DNA from: a virus
Taxonomy: Duplodnaviria > Heunggongvirae > Uroviricota > Caudoviricetes
IMG/VR virus record: IMGVR_UViG_3300000944_000006
Span: 1-18,379 of that record
Length of the DNA: 18,379 bases
Direction: 5' to 3' (one strand)
Shown here: piece after piece, positions 15,771 to 18,379 of the stretch
Layout of the letters: each line of letters starts with the position of its first letter
How positions within the stretch are numbered: position 1 is the first letter of the stretch
Program-made: the position numbers and the translations under genes
The notes under the pieces: model-generated
What the model was told of the DNA's origin: nothing
The model's input: only the letters and a program-made list of their open reading frames with translations
The model's database searches: none

Positions 15771-16041
15771 TTGTTGCTCTTTTAATTTTATAATGTAAAA
15801 AATCTTTTTGTTTTATATGAAAGTGGTGTTCGTCAAGAGAAAACTTTTCGTAATGATAGATATCATCTACTAATTCGAAATACAATTCTACAAAATCTTC
15901 TGTGCTATATATGCCTCGTAAGATTGAAGAACAATCTATGTGTAAAACTGTTCTGTCGCCAGTTGTGGTCTGTGGATGATTTAGAAAGAAGTTGCTGCCA
16001 TAGTTATTGATTTGTCCTGTTAATTTATATTTGTATGACAT
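15757..16041 (-). CDS. YKYK-TG family paralogue (94 aa from ATG 16041)
   Basis: MSYKYKLTGQIN..FFLNHP..VLHID..FVELYFE; SD AGGA upstream. Confidence 0.85.
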   Translation of the reverse strand: MSYKYKLTGQINNYGSNFFLNHPQTTTGDRTVLHIDCSSILRGIYSTEDFVELYFELVDDIYHYEKFSLDEHHFHIKQKDFLHYKIKRATNVQV

Positions 16042-16060
16042 AATAAATCCTATTTGGATT

Positions 16061-16089
16061 ATTATAAACCATATGTATAGGTATTTCAA
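16061..16089 (-). promoter_or_regulatory. Sigma70-type promoter TTGAAA-17-TATAAT
   Basis: TTGAAA at 16089-16084, 17-nt spacer containing TATGG, TATAAT at 16066-16061; lies right after the gp32 terminator. Confidence 0.8.
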
Positions 16090-16092
16090 CAT

Positions 16093-16120
16093 AAAAAAAG
16101 ACCCGTAAAACGAGTCTTTT
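16093..16120 (-). terminator. Rho-independent terminator after gp32
   Basis: AGACTCG-TTTTA-CGGGTCT followed by a T-run. Confidence 0.8.
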
Positions 16121-16152
16121 CCACTTAGCAGTAGTAGTGATTAAAATATTTA

Positions 16153-17079
16153 TTAGTCGTCTAATTCAGCTTGAAGTTCTTCAAGAAGATTATCGATTTC
16201 ATCATCGCCAATTTCATCGACTTCTTGTGTGACTACAGATTCTTCAATAACTTCTGCCGTTTGTGGCATAGAATTATCAGGCTCTTTTTTAACATCAACT
16301 ACATCATTACCGCCATCTGTAAAGAAGCGTGATGGGATGTCATCGCTAAATAGTTTTTGAAGCTTTTGATTCAATTCGTCGTAAGGAAGAATATCATCAT
16401 GATTTTCAAATTCTTTTAGAGAATGTTGCTGTGACAGCGTTTCCATAATCTTAGCTTCGTCACCGCCGCCCATAGGAGAAGGCTTTTCGAATTCAGAACC
16501 TGCATAATCTGGGAAATTATTTGTGTTCTTAGCGCAACGTAAAATGAAATCTGCGCCATCGATAGGATGGAAAGGATTAAATTTATGTGCAAATTCGTCT
16601 TTAGGGTTTAAAGCAGATTCAAGCTTTTTGAAAACTGTCGAAGGGATATTGTAAAGAAAAACTTTACCTTCGTTTTCAGGATTTTTTGAATCCTTAATCA
16701 CTTGGATACAGGCAACTTTGCGATATTGTGGTGACATTTTCTTCAGGTACGTTTCCCAAGTATCTTTGTCATCTTTGTATAAACGACCATTCAGGTCATA
16801 TACAGGGTCACGTTCTTCAGGCCCAAGGTTCTTACGCGACTTGCTCACGTAATAACGTGCATTTGGCTTAGAACCGACTTGGATGAAGTAGTTTGTAAAT
16901 TCTACATACGACTTCGCCATGTCTTCTTCGATAGGTGTTAGGAAACGAATCTTTGCAGACCCATTGCCATCAGCATCTTTCGAAAGTTTCCAAAAGCGTG
17001 TGTCTTTTTCATATGTTTTTTTCGTGATTACATTATCTTTATTATCTTCTAATTTCTGTAAAAGTTTATTAAAATCCAT
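16153..17079 (-). CDS. gp32: Single-stranded DNA-binding protein
   Basis: DTRFWKL..DGNGSAKIRFL, VIKDSKNPENEGKVFLY, FNPFHPIDGADFIL and an acidic C-terminal tail. Confidence 0.96.
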   Translation of the reverse strand: MDFNKLLQKLEDNKDNVITKKTYEKDTRFWKLSKDADGNGSAKIRFLTPIEEDMAKSYVEFTNYFIQVGSKPNARYYVSKSRKNLGPEERDPVYDLNGRLYKDDKDTWETYLKKMSPQYRKVACIQVIKDSKNPENEGKVFLYNIPSTVFKKLESALNPKDEFAHKFNPFHPIDGADFILRCAKNTNNFPDYAGSEFEKPSPMGGGDEAKIMETLSQQHSLKEFENHDDILPYDELNQKLQKLFSDDIPSRFFTDGGNDVVDVKKEPDNSMPQTAEVIEESVVTQEVDEIGDDEIDNLLEELQAELDD

Positions 17080-17677
17080 TTATTTTTTTCCTTATTATTT
17101 TTTTAATGGTTTTTGGTTCCTTCAAAAAAGGACATGCTTGTTGAACTAAGTAAATATTACTTTTGTAGATATTATTATTTTGGTAATACTTGCTGTAAAA
17201 CTTAGCAGTAAGTCCTAGTGCTTTGTCCACGCACATGAAGGTTTGGGCGTGGATATTTTCACCGAAAACGTCTTCTAGTATTTTCGGTAAGAATTTCTGT
17301 TTGTCGACCATAACGTATTCTTTGAACGAATCAATAGCTAATAAGTCTTTTTCGACGATTTTTTCAAGATTGTTTTGGATTTTTTTCCATTTTTCATAAT
17401 GCTGTTTGGCATATGGCTTTTTAAGTTCGTTCGCAGACCAAGCATTCTTGTTCTCGTAAAAATTATATGCAACAACACGTATCTTGAAATCTTCAAGCGT
17501 GTCGGTTTTCATAAAATGTTGGAAGGCGTATCTATCCGAACGCTTACGGAATGTATCAGGTAGAGTCTTCACACTACCTTTATATTTAAAGTAATCGTAG
17601 TTGTTATCTTTTTTGAAATGTAAATTTATAGCAAGAAAAGATTTAAAATAGTCTTCGGGGGTTACTTGTGGTGTTAT
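17069..17677 (-). CDS. gp59: Helicase loader (202 aa from a probable ATA start at 17677)
   Basis: The frame upstream of GTG 17572 encodes ITPQVTPEDYFKSFLAINLHFKKDNNYDYFKYKG, the gp59 N-terminal motif; gene lies upstream of gp32. Confidence 0.85.
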   Translation of the reverse strand: MTPQVTPEDYFKSFLAINLHFKKDNNYDYFKYKGSVKTLPDTFRKRSDRYAFQHFMKTDTLEDFKIRVVAYNFYENKNAWSANELKKPYAKQHYEKWKKIQNNLEKIVEKDLLAIDSFKEYVMVDKQKFLPKILEDVFGENIHAQTFMCVDKALGLTAKFYSKYYQNNNIYKSNIYLVQQACPFLKEPKTIKKIIRKKINGF

Positions 17678-17721
17678 TGTTGTTTACCTATGCGTTTCGT
17701 AACTTCTTCTTCATTCCGACC

Positions 17722-17750
17722 TAGATACTTGGTATCGGTTTTCTTGTCAA
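17722..17750 (-). promoter_or_regulatory. Sigma70-like promoter TTGACA-17-TATCTA upstream of gp59
   Basis: TTGACA at 17750-17745, 17-nt spacer, TATCTA at 17727-17722. Confidence 0.5.
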
Positions 17751-17768
17751 CCACAATAACGTATTCAT

Positions 17769-17900
17769 TTACATCATTTTTGAAAAAATTAAATGTTTCG
17801 AAACATGTCTTGTACAGCGTCTAATTTTTAGGACAGGCGAATTTTTATGCTCGTCCTTTATAGGCGCTTCAAGTGTCTTATCGTAATCTTTCACAATCAT
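17769..17900 (-). CDS. Possible 43-aa hypothetical protein
   Basis: ATG 2 nt after the gp33 stop, with GGAAG upstream; below the ORF-track size cut-off. Confidence 0.35.
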   Translation of the reverse strand: MIVKDYDKTLEAPIKDEHKNSPVLKIRRCTRHVSKHLIFSKMM

Positions 17901-17902
17901 AT

Positions 17903-18136
17903 TTATTCTTCCATCTTTAAAAGTTTAAGGCTTGATGCTTCTTTTTCCAATATTGTTTTCAAATTATCGTTAATATAGAAGCGCATTTTCTGAACAGGTA
18001 TTTCATTTTTCGCACACCAATCTATGATGTATTCCATATGTGTTATGTCAGGGTCTTTTTCAACTTCTTTGATTACCATTTCTGAAAAGTTTTGCTTCTT
18101 AGTTGGCGTGTTTTGGTTCTTTACAGATTTCTTCAT
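17903..18136 (-). CDS. gp33: Late transcription co-activator
   Basis: FSEMVIKEV..MEYIIDWCAKNEI..INDNLKTILEKEASSLKLLK; located upstream of gp59-gp32. Confidence 0.85.
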   Translation of the reverse strand: MKKSVKNQNTPTKKQNFSEMVIKEVEKDPDITHMEYIIDWCAKNEIPVQKMRFYINDNLKTILEKEASSLKLLKMEE

Positions 18137-18144
18137 ATTTTATG

Positions 18145-18342
18145 TTATGGTTTCCTTGGCTTTCTTTGGTGATGCGAACAAAAATCTGTGGAATTTACTA
18201 TTGGTCTTACGGATAAAAAATCTTCGTTTGACATATCATTTCCTAAATTTGTTCTGTGAAAAACTTTAGGTGGATTAAGAAAACATGTCCCATCGTAGCC
18301 ATTGCCGTAATAAAATTTACAATCTTTGCAAGTATCGGACAT
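18145..18342 (-). CDS. Small Cys-rich hypothetical protein (CxxC..C..PP..RP..DFC)
   Basis: CKDC, CFLNPP and DFCSHH suggest a metal-binding module. Confidence 0.75.
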   Translation of the reverse strand: MSDTCKDCKFYYGNGYDGTCFLNPPKVFHRTNLGNDMSNEDFLSVRPIVNSTDFCSHHQRKPRKP

Positions 18343-18379
18343 ATATTACACAAACTTTTCTATAACAAATAATATGGCA

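Noticed and set aside
10142-16041. Diversity-generating retroelement, CRISPR array or integron as the source of the paralogues
   Set aside because: No reverse transcriptase, TR/VR pair, regularly spaced identical repeats, attC-like sites or integrase seen in the window.
17793-17812. Second ATG-TTT-CGA +1 frameshift making a 43-aa protein
   Set aside because: No SD, the motif is part of a palindrome, and a promoter lies within the putative product; likely chance.
1-18379. tRNA, rRNA, introns, homing endonucleases or IS elements
   Set aside because: None recognised by eye; intergenic gaps are short. The TnsA-like fold at 13128 is the usual head-completion protein, not a transposase.

Overview
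Core segment of a T4-like (gp33/gp59/gp32, TATAAATA late promoters) myophage genome, mostly on the minus strand. It holds a baseplate/tail module (gp5, tape measure, gp51, gp26, gp54-like, gp2, gp27-like, gp53, gp48, gp4-like) and a replication/late-transcription block (gp32, gp59, gp33), with small accessory genes between them. Unusual points read from the sequence: (1) gp26 and gp51 appear joined by a P2 E/E'-type -1 frameshift (TTTTTTG plus a hairpin 7 nt downstream); gp51 has no start codon of its own before its conserved motif. (2) gp5 has no lysozyme and is fused to a >1000-aa siphovirus-J-like fibre; it is missing from the ORF track because it runs off the window. (3) A GH24 lysozyme is instead fused to the gp27-like hub. 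(4) About ten diverged ~95-aa paralogues with a YKYK(L/F)TGQ N-terminus sit in three clusters. (5) Four late promoters lie exactly 5 nt upstream of an ATG, which suggests leaderless mRNAs. (6) Three genes have non-standard reading frames: gp4-like (+1 shift at TTT-CGA-TAA), gp59 (ATA start) and a CGFAW protein (internal TAA). An alphaproteobacterial host is a tentative inference. Family assignments come from manual motif recognition; no database searches were run.
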